Source: Alphaproteobacteria bacterium Ga0077535 (GTDB taxonomy: Bacteria > Pseudomonadota > Alphaproteobacteria > Caulobacterales > Aquidulcibacteraceae). From it: 64,000 nucleotides of DNA. The DNA is taken from NCBI GenBank assembly GCA_001464425.1, contig LNEK01000042.1, positions 70,841 to 134,840 on the forward strand. Direction: 5' to 3'. Below the pieces are notes generated by a model. That model saw only the letters and a program-made list of their open reading frames with translations. It searched no databases and was not told the DNA's origin. How positions within the stretch are numbered: the stretch's first letter is position 1; each line of letters opens with the position of its first letter. Below are positions 10,063-19,725 of the stretch, piece by piece. Position numbers and translations under genes: made by a program.

Positions 10063-11598
10063 ATGAGCGATTGGCTGCGCGGCGCTGTTATCTATCAAAT
10101 CTATCCTCGTTCGTTCCGCGATTCGGATGGCGACGGCATTGGCGATTTGCGGGGGGCGATCGAAAAACTCGATCACATCGCCGCGCTCGGTTGCGACGCG
10201 ATCTGGCTTTCGCCGTTCTTCACCTCGCCGATGAAGGATTACGGCTACGACGTCGCTGATTATTGCGGCGTCGATCCGCTGTTCGGCACGCTTGCCGATG
10301 CTGATGCACTGATCGCGCGCGCGCATGAGTCGGACCAGCATGCTTGGTTCAGCGAAAGCCGCGCCAGCCGCGATAATCCACGCGCCGATTGGTATGTCTG
10401 GGCCGACGCCAAGCCGGACGGCTCACCGCCGAACAATTGGCAAGCCATGTTCGGCGGCTGCTCCTGGACTTGGGATGCGCGCCGTCGGCAATATTATCTG
10501 CACAATTTCTTGCCCGAACAACCTGACCTCAACGTGCGCAATCCGGCTGTGCAGGACGCATTGCTGAATGTCGCGCGCTTTTGGCTTGATCGCGGCGTCG
10601 ATGGCTTCCGGCTCGATGTCGTGAACTTCTTCGTGCAGGACGCGGCGCTACGCGACAATCCACCCATCACGACCTTAAAGCGCGCGCCTGCGCGGCCGCA
10701 TCAGTTTCAGCGCCACCTTTATGATCGCACGCAACCTGAGACGCTTCAGTTCATCGCGCGCCTACGCAAGCTCCTCGACGAGTACGGCGCCATCTCTGTC
10801 GGCGAGATCGAGGATGAAGAGCCGCTCAAGGTGCAGCGCGACTACACCGACGGGCCGGAGCGCTTGCACACCGCCTATTCCTTCTTCCTGCTGCGCCAAC
10901 GCACACTGACGGCTGCGGTGACGCAAGAGGCGTTGAACCAATGGCAAGGCGCGCGCGGCTGGCCGTCCTGGTCGCTCTCCAATCACGACGTCATCCGGTT
11001 TCCAACGCGCCTGGCGGACAACGATCCGCAGCGCACGAAGCTGATGCTTATGTTGCTGCTCGCATTGCGCGGCACTGCATTCCTTTACCAAGGCGACGAG
11101 CTCGGCTTGTCCCACGCCGACGTGCCGTTCGAGCGCTTGCGCGATCCGGAAGCGATTGCGTTCTGGCCGTCCGGCATTGGCCGAGACGGCGCGCGCACGC
11201 CGATGCCGTGGCTGAAGAACGCGCCGATGGCGGGCTTCACCAAAGCAGAGGACGCTTGGCTGCCACTCGATTCACGCCATGTCGCGTTGGCGGCGGACGC
11301 GCAGGAAGCCGATTCTGACTCAATGCTGCACTTCACCCGCCGCGCCATCGCGTCGCGCAAGCAGAGCGCGGCATTACGCGAGGGCGATGTTGCACTGCGC
11401 GAGGATGGTCCGCTCTTGATACTCGAGCGGAAGCTTGGCGATGAGCGCGTCCTGTGCGTGTTTAATCTCTCGCCGGATCCAGCACGGACGGCGCTGCCTG
11501 CGCCGGCCAAAGGCACCCTTCTCCAACTGGGCGAAACTGCAATTGTGGCGGGCGAGGCGTCGCTCGGCGGCCATTCTGGGCTCATCGTCGCAATCTAG
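10063..11598 (+). CDS. GH13 alpha-glucosidase / oligo-1,6-glucosidase-like protein lacking conserved region I
   Basis: Track ORF 10033..11598, trimmed to ATG 10063 (MSDWLRGAVIYQIYPRSF). GH13 regions II (GVDGFRLDVVNF), III (VGEIED) and IV (SNHDV) are present. Region I (DxVxNH) is absent at 10329/10330 (see findings). Confidence 0.8.
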   Translation: MSDWLRGAVIYQIYPRSFRDSDGDGIGDLRGAIEKLDHIAALGCDAIWLSPFFTSPMKDYGYDVADYCGVDPLFGTLADADALIARAHESDQHAWFSESRASRDNPRADWYVWADAKPDGSPPNNWQAMFGGCSWTWDARRRQYYLHNFLPEQPDLNVRNPAVQDALLNVARFWLDRGVDGFRLDVVNFFVQDAALRDNPPITTLKRAPARPHQFQRHLYDRTQPETLQFIARLRKLLDEYGAISVGEIEDEEPLKVQRDYTDGPERLHTAYSFFLLRQRTLTAAVTQEALNQWQGARGWPSWSLSNHDVIRFPTRLADNDPQRTKLMLMLLLALRGTAFLYQGDELGLSHADVPFERLRDPEAIAFWPSGIGRDGARTPMPWLKNAPMAGFTKAEDAWLPLDSRHVALAADAQEADSDSMLHFTRRAIASRKQSAALREGDVALREDGPLLILERKLGDERVLCVFNLSPDPARTALPAPAKGTLLQLGETAIVAGEASLGGHSGLIVAI

Positions 11599-11695
11599 GC
11601 GGCTGGGGCTGGCCAAGGCTAGCGCTACATTATAACATCGGTCCGTAATGCAGGGGATACGCAGAAGCGACCGAGAGCGAGGCCGTCGCCATTCT

Positions 11696-12034
11696 ATGGC
11701 GCGCGGCGCGTTTACGCTTGCAGCGCTGTTGGCCGTGTTCCTGCAGGCCTTCGTCATCGAGCCGCACGTCCACACCGCCAACCCGATGGTGGCGGCGATC
11801 GCGGCAAGCAGCGCGCATCAAGAAACACATCAGCACGCGTCGCTGCCGCACGAGCAGACCGCGTGTCTCGTTTGCCAAGCGCTAGCGGCGAACGGCGGCG
11901 CTTTGCTGCAGGCGAGCGCGACGTTCACCGCGCCTTCAGTTTTCGCGGCGGAGGCTACGCCGCAGGCGCTGCACGTCGCGCCACGTGCTGCCGCGCATTC
12001 CTGGCGAAGTCGCGCGCCTCCGATCCGACTCTGA
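11696..12034 (+). CDS. DUF2946-like small His/Cys protein
   Basis: Track ORF 11648..12034, trimmed to ATG 11696 (MARGAFTLAALLAVFLQAF, signal/TM). HVH, HQETHQH and CLVC motifs. Sits directly upstream of a TonB-dependent receptor, as DUF2946 genes usually do. Confidence 0.55.
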   Translation: MARGAFTLAALLAVFLQAFVIEPHVHTANPMVAAIAASSAHQETHQHASLPHEQTACLVCQALAANGGALLQASATFTAPSVFAAEATPQALHVAPRAAAHSWRSRAPPIRL

Positions 12035-12108
12035 GCACGTCACGCGCGCGCTGACTGCGTGCGCCTAACCGCGCGCGGCTGCGCGCACCCATGCTTCAGA
12101 GAGTCACC

Positions 12109-14118
12109 ATGACACGTTCAGTTCTATTGTGCGGCGCTGCCGCCGCCACCATCCTGTTTCCTTTCAGCGCGCTGGCGCAGGACAGCACCGCAGTCACCGA
12201 GCAAGAAATCGTCGTCACCGGCCCGCTTGAGGGCTCGCGGATCGAAAGCTTGCAAGGCGCCGAGATTCTTTTGCGCGACGACATCGTCGCTGCGCTGAAT
12301 GGCGGATTGGGCGACACGCTCGATTCTACGCCAGGCATCGCCACCACCTTCTTCGGCGCCGGCGCCAGCCGCCCGATCATCCGCGGCCTCGGCGAAGACC
12401 GCGTGCGAATTCTGCAAAACGGCATCGGCGCGATCGACGCCTCCACGGCTTCGCCGGATCACGCCGTTACCTCGGACGGGCTCGACGCTGAGCGGATCGA
12501 GGTGCTGCGCGGGGCGGCGGCTCTAGCTTATGGCGGCAACGCCGTGGGCGGCGTCGTCAACGTCATCGATCAATCGATCCCGACGCGCCAGCGCGACGGC
12601 GTCCGTGTCGATGGCCTTGCCGGTTACTCCACCGTCGATGACGGCTTCCAAGGCGCCGCGCGTGTCGGCTTCGGGGTTGGCGATTTCGCATTCACGCTGA
12701 ACGCATCCGAGCGCGACGCGAGCGCTTACGAGACGCCGCTGGGCGAGGCGCTCAACCAATGGAGCGAGGCGCGCACGTATGGAGGCGGCGCGGCTTTGGT
12801 GCGCGATTGGGGGCATGTGGGCGTTGCGGTGAAGCAGACGGAAGACGCTTACGGGCTGCTGCCGCACGATCCGAGCGAACCTGGCGGCCGCATTGAACTT
12901 GAGCAAACGCGCATCGAATCGCGCGGTGATTTCCGTATTGATCTCGGGCCGTTCGATCGCATCGATTATGGCGTTCAGCATTCGGATTACACCCACACCG
13001 AGTTCGAAGGCGATGGCGCGGCGGGCACACGCTTCTTCAGCGAAGGCTGGGAAGCGCGGTTCGAGGCGCATCACAGCGACGGCCGCCATCAGGGCGTGAT
13101 CGGCGTCCAATTCACCGACGTCGATTTCAACGCCGAGGGTGATGAAGCCTTCATCACCGCGACGAATACGCAGGATGCGGGCATATTCGCCATTGAGCGT
13201 TACGATCTTGGCGGCTGGGGTCTGGAAGGCGGCCTCCGTTATGAGCGGCGTGAGATCGACAATATCTCCGCCGGCGCACGCGAGTTTGACAATGTGAGCG
13301 CTTCCCTCGGCGCTTTCGTGCGGCCTGCGGATGGCTGGTTTATCGGCGCGACGCTGGCGCACACGGAACGGGCGCCGACGGCGATTGAGCTCTTCTCCGA
13401 TGGGCCGCACCTCGCCACCGAGAATTACGAGGTCGGCGATCCCAATCTCGGCCAGGAAACGGCGCTCTCGTTTGAAACGTCCGCTCGCTACAGCGGCTCG
13501 CGGTTCAGCGTCGAAGCCAATCTCTTCGCTATAGAGTTCACCGATTATGTCGCGCTGGTCGAGCGCGGCGATGTGTTCTGGCTGGATGAAACCACCGATA
13601 CGAGCGGCTTTGCGCCGGACGAATCCGATCCGGGCATTCCGGTGGATGCCGAAATCCTGCCGGTGTTCGCGTTCACGCAGCAGGACGCCACCTTCATCGG
13701 CGGCGAACTGGTGCTCCGCTACGCGCTGTTCGAAGCTGGCGGATTTGAGTTCAGCACGGATGCTGCGCTCGACATCGTCAATGCCAACTTCACCGGCGGC
13801 GGCCACCCGCCCCGCATCCCGCCGCGCAGCTTTACGCTTGGACTGGAAGCGGAGAATGCGAACTGGTCGGCGCGCATCGAGGCGGTGGATACCGCTGATC
13901 AGGACCGCCTTTCGGACTTCGAGACCGAAACCGAGGGCTACACCTTCCTCAACGCCGGCCTCGCCTGGCGCCCACAAGGTGAAGCTGGCGCGTGGACACT
14001 ACGCATCGATGGCCGCAACCTCACCGACGAACTCGGCCGTGTGCATAGCTCGTTCTTGAAGGACGACCTACCGCTGCCGGGCCGCAATGTGCGCTTCACG
14101 TTGCTGACGAGCTTCTGA
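12109..14118 (+). CDS. TonB-dependent outer-membrane receptor
   Basis: Track ORF 12091..14118. Signal peptide ...FSALAQD, plug motif IEVLRGAAALAYGGNAVGGVVNVI, beta-barrel ending in terminal Phe (RFTLLTSF). Confidence 0.88.
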   Translation: MTRSVLLCGAAAATILFPFSALAQDSTAVTEQEIVVTGPLEGSRIESLQGAEILLRDDIVAALNGGLGDTLDSTPGIATTFFGAGASRPIIRGLGEDRVRILQNGIGAIDASTASPDHAVTSDGLDAERIEVLRGAAALAYGGNAVGGVVNVIDQSIPTRQRDGVRVDGLAGYSTVDDGFQGAARVGFGVGDFAFTLNASERDASAYETPLGEALNQWSEARTYGGGAALVRDWGHVGVAVKQTEDAYGLLPHDPSEPGGRIELEQTRIESRGDFRIDLGPFDRIDYGVQHSDYTHTEFEGDGAAGTRFFSEGWEARFEAHHSDGRHQGVIGVQFTDVDFNAEGDEAFITATNTQDAGIFAIERYDLGGWGLEGGLRYERREIDNISAGAREFDNVSASLGAFVRPADGWFIGATLAHTERAPTAIELFSDGPHLATENYEVGDPNLGQETALSFETSARYSGSRFSVEANLFAIEFTDYVALVERGDVFWLDETTDTSGFAPDESDPGIPVDAEILPVFAFTQQDATFIGGELVLRYALFEAGGFEFSTDAALDIVNANFTGGGHPPRIPPRSFTLGLEAENANWSARIEAVDTADQDRLSDFETETEGYTFLNAGLAWRPQGEAGAWTLRIDGRNLTDELGRVHSSFLKDDLPLPGRNVRFTLLTSF

Positions 14119-14121
14119 CGC

Positions 14122-16182
14122 CTACCAGATGGTGACGCGCTCTGCCGGCGGCAGGTAGAGCGCGTCATCCGGCGTTACGTTGAAGGCTTCGTACCAAGCA
14201 TCCATATTGCGCGCCGGGCCGTTGATCCGAAAACGTGCGGGCGAGTGCGGGCCGGTCATCACCTGATTGCGCAATTGCTGCTCACGCACAATCTGTTTGC
14301 GATGCTGGGCGCGGGCCATGAAGAAGCGTTGCAAGCCGGTCGTGCCTTCCAGCACGGGCGGCTCGGCGCCGGCGAGCGAAATGCGATAGGCGTGCAGCGC
14401 AACCTGCAAGCCGCCGCAATCGCCGATGTTTTCGCCGAGCGAGAGGCGGCCGTTGAGATTGAGCCCGGGTAGCGGTTCAAACTGGCTGTATTGATCGGCG
14501 AGACGATCGGTGGTGGCGCGGAAGCGCGCGACATCTTCAGCGTTCCACCAATCGCGCAACACACCGCGCGCGTCGGATTTCGCGCCTTGATCATCGAAGC
14601 CGTGACCCATTTCGTGACCGATAACGCCGCCAATGGCGCCGTAATTCACGGCAGGATCAGCGTTGGGGTCGAAGAGTGGCGGTTGCAGATAGCCGGCCGG
14701 AAACACGATCTCGTTGAACGGCGGGTTGTAATACGCGTTCACCGAGTGCGGGGTCATGAACCATTCTTCGCGATCGCTCGGCCGACCGAGGCGCGCGAGA
14801 TCGTTGGCCCAATCCCATTGCGCAAAGCGCATCTGATTGCCGAACGCATCGCCGGCGCGCACCTCGAAGCCTGAATAATCCTTCCAGCGATCCGGGTAGC
14901 CGATCTTCGGGCGGAACGTGGCAAGCTTTTCGCGCGCGATCACCTTTGTTTCAGCGCTCATCCAGGGCGAGGCGTCGATGCGCTCGCCATAGGCGCGGCG
15001 CATGTTCTCGACCAGTTCAAGCACCTGCGCTTTGGATTCTGGCGGGAAGTGGCGCGCGACGTAAAGTTCACCCACCGCCTCGCCGAGTACGCCGTTCAAA
15101 GCCTGAATGGCGCGCTGCCAGCGTTCGCGCTGTTGCGGCTGGCCGTTCAATTGTCGGCCAAAGAAGGCAAAGTTCGCATCATCGATCGTGCGCGGCAGGA
15201 TCTGCGCTTTGGTGCGGACGTAGTGCCAGGTCACGTAGCTACGCCAGGTCGAAACCGGCGTCGCCATCACCAGATTCGCAAGCGGCCCCATCGCGCTCAA
15301 TTCGGCGATGACGACTTCATCTTCCGCCGCCAGGCCGCGGGCGTCGAAGCTGGCATCCCACGGGAAGCGCGGCGCCAGCGCGCGCACTTCGGCGCGGCGC
15401 TTCAAATTGTACGTGCGCTCTCGCTCGCGGCGATCCGCCACCGGCCAGTGCAGTTCGGCGATTTGTGTTTCAAGCGCCATAACTGCGCGCGCTTGCGCTT
15501 CGGCGTTCGGTTGGCCGACCAACGTCAGCATATTCGCGCAGGCTGCTTCGTATTGCTGACGGATTTCCGGGAATTGGCGATCGGTGCGGCGATAATATTC
15601 GCGCTCAGGCAGGCCAAGGCCCGCGTGCGTCATCTGCGGCAGATAGCGATCCGGATTGCCTTCATCCAAGCCGATATAGGTGATGATCGGGAATGTGACG
15701 CCCGTCCCCGGCCGGGCAACAAAGCGCACAACGTCTTCGTGCGTGCGCAGTGCGGCGATTTCCGCCAGCGCTGGCTCAATTGGCGCAAGGCCGCGCGCGT
15801 CGATCGCGTCCTGATCGAGATAGGCGTTGTAATAGTCGGCGATCTTTTGCGAGTTGGAGCCCGGCGCGCCGCCGGCCGCCGCCGCTTCCTGCACAATCGC
15901 GCGCACATCGTGCTCCGCCTTCACGATCAGCATTTCGTTCGTGCCCCATGAACTGCGATCTTCCGGGATGGTGTTGGCGTTCATCCAGGCGCCGTTGACG
16001 TATTGGAAGAAGTCATCGCCGGGGTCGATGCTGTGATCGATGGAGGTCAGGTCGATGCCGAACGAACCAATCGCGGCGCGGCCACGCACTGGTGCGAATA
16101 ACCCGCCTCCCTGCTGCGCGGCGCAACCGGCGACGAGCGCGAAGGTGGAGGCGGTTACCGCGCGGCGTGTGAAGGTGGTCAT
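14122..16182 (-). CDS. M13-family zinc metallopeptidase (PepO / endothelin-converting-enzyme-like), lipoprotein
   Basis: Track ORF 14122..16239, trimmed to ATG 16182 (MTTFTRRAVTASTFALVAGC lipobox). HExxH in VIGHEMGHGFDDQG; GENIGDCGG motif. Confidence 0.9.
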   Translation of the reverse strand: MTTFTRRAVTASTFALVAGCAAQQGGGLFAPVRGRAAIGSFGIDLTSIDHSIDPGDDFFQYVNGAWMNANTIPEDRSSWGTNEMLIVKAEHDVRAIVQEAAAAGGAPGSNSQKIADYYNAYLDQDAIDARGLAPIEPALAEIAALRTHEDVVRFVARPGTGVTFPIITYIGLDEGNPDRYLPQMTHAGLGLPEREYYRRTDRQFPEIRQQYEAACANMLTLVGQPNAEAQARAVMALETQIAELHWPVADRRERERTYNLKRRAEVRALAPRFPWDASFDARGLAAEDEVVIAELSAMGPLANLVMATPVSTWRSYVTWHYVRTKAQILPRTIDDANFAFFGRQLNGQPQQRERWQRAIQALNGVLGEAVGELYVARHFPPESKAQVLELVENMRRAYGERIDASPWMSAETKVIAREKLATFRPKIGYPDRWKDYSGFEVRAGDAFGNQMRFAQWDWANDLARLGRPSDREEWFMTPHSVNAYYNPPFNEIVFPAGYLQPPLFDPNADPAVNYGAIGGVIGHEMGHGFDDQGAKSDARGVLRDWWNAEDVARFRATTDRLADQYSQFEPLPGLNLNGRLSLGENIGDCGGLQVALHAYRISLAGAEPPVLEGTTGLQRFFMARAQHRKQIVREQQLRNQVMTGPHSPARFRINGPARNMDAWYEAFNVTPDDALYLPPAERVTIW

Positions 16183-16282
16183 GTTGGCGTTCCCCAGAGC
16201 TTTAAGGTCACCGAAGCCATGCACGACGCACCGGTTCAAACCGTTTGAGACGAACGCGCGCCACGACGCGGCGCTCGACAGC

Positions 16283-17269
16283 CTACAGCATCGCCGGAAT
16301 GACGCGGTCCGGGGGTTTGTGGCCGTCGGCGAAGGTCTTGATGTTGATGATGACCTTCTCGCCCATATCGATGCGGCCTTCGATCGTGCCGGAGCCCATG
16401 TGCGGCAACAGCACGACGCTCGAAAGCTTCTTTAGCTTCGGGTTGATCGCGGGCTCGTTCTCGAACACATCGAGGCCAGCGCCGGCGAGTTCGCCCTTCT
16501 CCAGCATGCGCGCGAGCGCCGCTTCATCGATCACTTCACCGCGCGCGGTGTTAACGACGTAAGCGTGCGGCTTCAGCAGCGCGAGACGGCGCGATGAGAG
16601 CAAGTGATACGTCGCCGGCGTGTGCGGGCAGTTCACCGAGACGATGTCCATGCGCGACAACATCTGATCGAGGCTCTCCCAATACGTCGCCTCAAGCTCC
16701 GCTTCGATGTGCGCCGCGACTTTGCGGCGGTTATGATAATGCACCTGCAAACCGAAGGCGCGGGCGCGGCGGGCGACGGCTTGGCCGATGCGGCCCATGC
16801 CGATAATGCCGAGGCGCTTGCCCCAAATGCGGCGGCCCATCATCCAAGTGGGCGACCAGCCGACGAACTTATCTTGCTCGATGACCTTCACGCCTTCGAT
16901 CAGGCGGCGCGGCACGGCGAGGATCAGCGCCATGGTCATGTCGGCGGTGTCTTCGGTCAAAACACCGGGCGTGTTGGTGACGGTGATACCGCGCTGCACG
17001 GCAGTGGCGACATCGATGTTGTCGACGCCGGCGCCGAATTGCGCGATCAGCCGAAGCTGCTCGCCTGCGCGCGAGAGCACGCGGCTATCGACGCGATCGG
17101 TGACGGTCGGCACCAGCACATCGGCGCGCTGAACGGCGGCGACGAGGTCCTCCGCCGTGAACGGTTTGTCGTCGACATTGAGTTCGGCATCGAACAATTC
17201 GCGCAGGCGCGTCTCCACCGGATCGGGCAGACGGCGCGTAACGACAACTTTGAGTTTCTTCGACGGCAT
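16283..17269 (-). CDS. D-2-hydroxyacid dehydrogenase family (glyoxylate/hydroxypyruvate reductase-like)
   Basis: 328 aa. NAD-binding LGIIGMGRIGQAVARRA and catalytic-region NTARGEVIDE...LLPHMGS. Confidence 0.9.
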   Translation of the reverse strand: MPSKKLKVVVTRRLPDPVETRLRELFDAELNVDDKPFTAEDLVAAVQRADVLVPTVTDRVDSRVLSRAGEQLRLIAQFGAGVDNIDVATAVQRGITVTNTPGVLTEDTADMTMALILAVPRRLIEGVKVIEQDKFVGWSPTWMMGRRIWGKRLGIIGMGRIGQAVARRARAFGLQVHYHNRRKVAAHIEAELEATYWESLDQMLSRMDIVSVNCPHTPATYHLLSSRRLALLKPHAYVVNTARGEVIDEAALARMLEKGELAGAGLDVFENEPAINPKLKKLSSVVLLPHMGSGTIEGRIDMGEKVIINIKTFADGHKPPDRVIPAML

Positions 17270-17418
17270 TCAGCTTCCATAAACCACGACGGCGCGGGCT
17301 CCAAGGTTCGGCATAAAGCAGTCGTCCATCCGCTGCGTTAAGTCCACTTTCACGGCGCCCGAAGCATGATCCCGCCTTCCCTCCCGGCAGTGGGGGGTTC
17401 GACACGAATAGGTGGGTC

Positions 17419-17919
17419 ATGCGTCGTGGGACTTTCGCCGCTCTGGCTGCGGCGGCCTCTCTCATTTGTTTGGGCTCCGCGGTGGCGGACACGCCGGTTG
17501 CCGTGGGCACGGACTCGAACCTGCCGGTGCCGCGCTTTGTGAGCCTTAAAACCCAGGGCGCGAACGGCCGCCACGGGCCCGGGCTTGAGCACCGTGTTGA
17601 CTGGATCTACGAGCGCGCCGGCTTGCCGCTGCAGGTGACGGGCGAGAGCGGCCCCTGGCGCCGGGTCCGCGATCCGGACGGAACGGAAGTGTGGATTCAC
17701 GCGCAGAACCTGGATCAGCGGCGCACCGTTTACGTCAATGAGGCGACGGCGCTGCGCCGGAACGCCAATGAAGCCAGCCAACCCGTGGCGTATTTGGCCG
17801 CAGGCGTGGTCGGCGCGGTGACCGGCTGCAACGGTGAATGGCGGCGCGTGGCCATCGGCGGACGTATCGGCTGGGTCGAAAACAGCGCCCTTTGGGGCGG
17901 AGACTGCGCCGGGCTCTAA
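17419..17919 (+). CDS. Secreted bacterial SH3-like domain protein (COG3807-type)
   Basis: 166 aa. Signal peptide, then [21 protein letters not shown]...[15 protein letters not shown] and a second ...[17 protein letters not shown]3-like unit. Confidence 0.7.
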   Translation: MRRGTFAALAAAASLICLGSAVADTPVAVGTDSNLPVPRFVSLKTQGANGRHGPGLEHRVDWIYERAGLPLQVTGESGPWRRVRDPDGTEVWIHAQNLDQRRTVYVNEATALRRNANEASQPVAYLAAGVVGAVTGCNGEWRRVAIGGRIGWVENSALWGGDCAGL

Positions 17920-18007
17920 GGGTCCGGAAACATCGCCATCGCCTTGCCCCCCTGCGCCCCGGCCTGTAAGCCGGGCGGGAAATATCCCGCTTTTGCAGAG
18001 ACAAAGC

Positions 18008-18538
18008 ATGGCCGAGCGCCCCTCGTCTTACACTTACGAAGACCTCATAGCGTCCGGCGAGGGCCGCTTGCACGGACCAGGCAATGCGCAGCTGCCGCTG
18101 CCGCCGATGCTCATGTTCGATCGCATCACGACGATGACCGCCGAGGGCGGCGATCACGGCAAAGGCGTCTTTATCGCTGAATACGACATCACGCCCGACC
18201 GCTGGTTCTTCGAGTGCCACTTCCGCGGCGATCCCGTCATGCCGGGCTGCCTCGGCCTCGACGCCATGTGGCAGCTCTCCGGCTTCTATATGGCTTGGGC
18301 CGGCTCGCCTGGCCGCGGCCGCGCTCTTGGCGTCGGCGAAGTCGAATTCCGCGGCCAGATCACGCCGAACACAAAGCTGGTGACCTACGAGATCCACCCA
18401 AAGCGCGTCATCCAGCGCAAGCTGCACATGATCGTCGCTGACGGGGTCACCAAGGCCGATGGCGTCACCATCTATACGGCCAAAGACCTCAAGGTCGGCC
18501 TGTTCTCGCCGGAACAGCTTGAAGCTCAGATGAAATAG
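18008..18538 (+). CDS. fabA: 3-hydroxydecanoyl-ACP dehydratase/isomerase
   Basis: Track ORF 17834..18538, trimmed to ATG 18008. Near-collinear with E. coli FabA: [35 protein letters not shown]. Confidence 0.94.
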   Translation: MAERPSSYTYEDLIASGEGRLHGPGNAQLPLPPMLMFDRITTMTAEGGDHGKGVFIAEYDITPDRWFFECHFRGDPVMPGCLGLDAMWQLSGFYMAWAGSPGRGRALGVGEVEFRGQITPNTKLVTYEIHPKRVIQRKLHMIVADGVTKADGVTIYTAKDLKVGLFSPEQLEAQMK

Positions 18539-18550
18539 GAGCGCATCCGC

Positions 18551-19721
18551 ATGCGTCGTGTCGTCGTCACCGGAATGGGGATCGTTTCAGGCCAAGAGCG
18601 GCATTCGCGCGGCGCCCGACTACGCTGAAAAAGGCATGCGCAGCCAAGTGGCGGGCGAGCCGACGATCCGGCCGGAGGAAGTTGTCGATAAGCGCGTGAT
18701 GCGCTTCATGGGCGAAGGTTCGGGCTGGAATTATATCGCGATGGAGCAGGCCATCGCTGACGCCGGCCTCACGAAAGAAGAAGTCTCCAACCCGCGCACC
18801 GGCATCATCATGGGCTCGGGCGGCCCGTCAGCGCACGCCATCGTGCTCGCCGCTGACACGGCGCGCGAAAAAGGCGCCAAGCGCGTCGGGCCGTTCGCGG
18901 TGCCGAAAGCGATGAGCTCGACGGCGAGCGCGACTTTGGCGACGCCGTTCGAGATCAAGGGCATCAATTATTCGATCAGCTCTGCTTGCGCGACCAGCGC
19001 GCACTGCATCGGCGATGCGTACGAGCAGATTCAGAACGGCAAGCAGGACATCATGTTCGCTGGCGGCAGCGAGGAGCTCGACTGGACGCTCTCAGTGCTG
19101 TTCGACGCCATGGGCGCGATGAGTTCAAAATATAACGACACGCCGGAGAAGGCCTCACGCGCGTACGACAAGAACCGCGACGGCTTCGTGATCGCGGGCG
19201 GCGCCGGCGTGCTGGTGCTGGAAGAGTATCAGCGCGCCAAGAAGCGCGGCGCGAAGATTTACGCAGAAGTCGCCGGCTATGGCGCGACAAGCGATGGCCA
19301 CGACATGGTGGCCCCTTCAGGCGAAGGCGCAGCGCGCTGCATGCAGATGGCGATGCGCTACCTCGATCGCCCGGTCGATTATCTCAACACCCACGGCACC
19401 TCCACGCCGGTGGGCGATGTGAAAGAGATGGAAGCGGTGCGCGCCGTGTTTGGTTCGAAGCCGCCGATGATTTCGAGCACCAAGTCGCTGACCGGCCACT
19501 CGCTCGGCGCAGCCGGCGTACAAGAAGCGATCTATTCGATCCTGATGCTCAATAATGGCTTTGCCTGCGAGAGCGCGCATATCGAAGAGCTCGACCCGGC
19601 GTTCGAAGATCTGCCGATCCTGCGGGAGCGGGTTGATCGCGAGCTGAATTGCGTGCTGAGCAATTCGTTCGGCTTCGGCGGCACCAACGCGACGTTAGCG
19701 TTTACGCGGGTCGCGGCCTGA
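18551..19721 (+). pseudogene. fabB: Beta-ketoacyl-ACP synthase I, disrupted by a frameshift/deletion near the 5' end
   Basis: AGGAG 18537-18541 plus ATG 18551 give [13 protein letters not shown], then a premature TGA at 18626. The rest of FabB ([19 protein letters not shown]..., active-site [23 protein letters not shown]) is in the +1 frame (track ORF 18558..19721). Confidence 0.85.
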
Positions 19722-19725
19722 TCGT

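Noticed and set aside
12523-13977. 484-aa minus-strand ORF
   Set aside because: Antisense to the TonB-dependent receptor. Arg/Ala-rich composition, no motifs.
17834-18007. Long N-terminal extensions in track ORFs (also 40679-40924, 60351-60560, 61075-61392, 57547..58470 and 58310..59161 upstream parts)
   Set aside because: The extensions are Arg/Pro/Ala-rich and overlap neighbouring genes or intergenic signals. They are followed by internal ATGs that match the conserved N-termini of the families, so I trimmed the starts accordingly.
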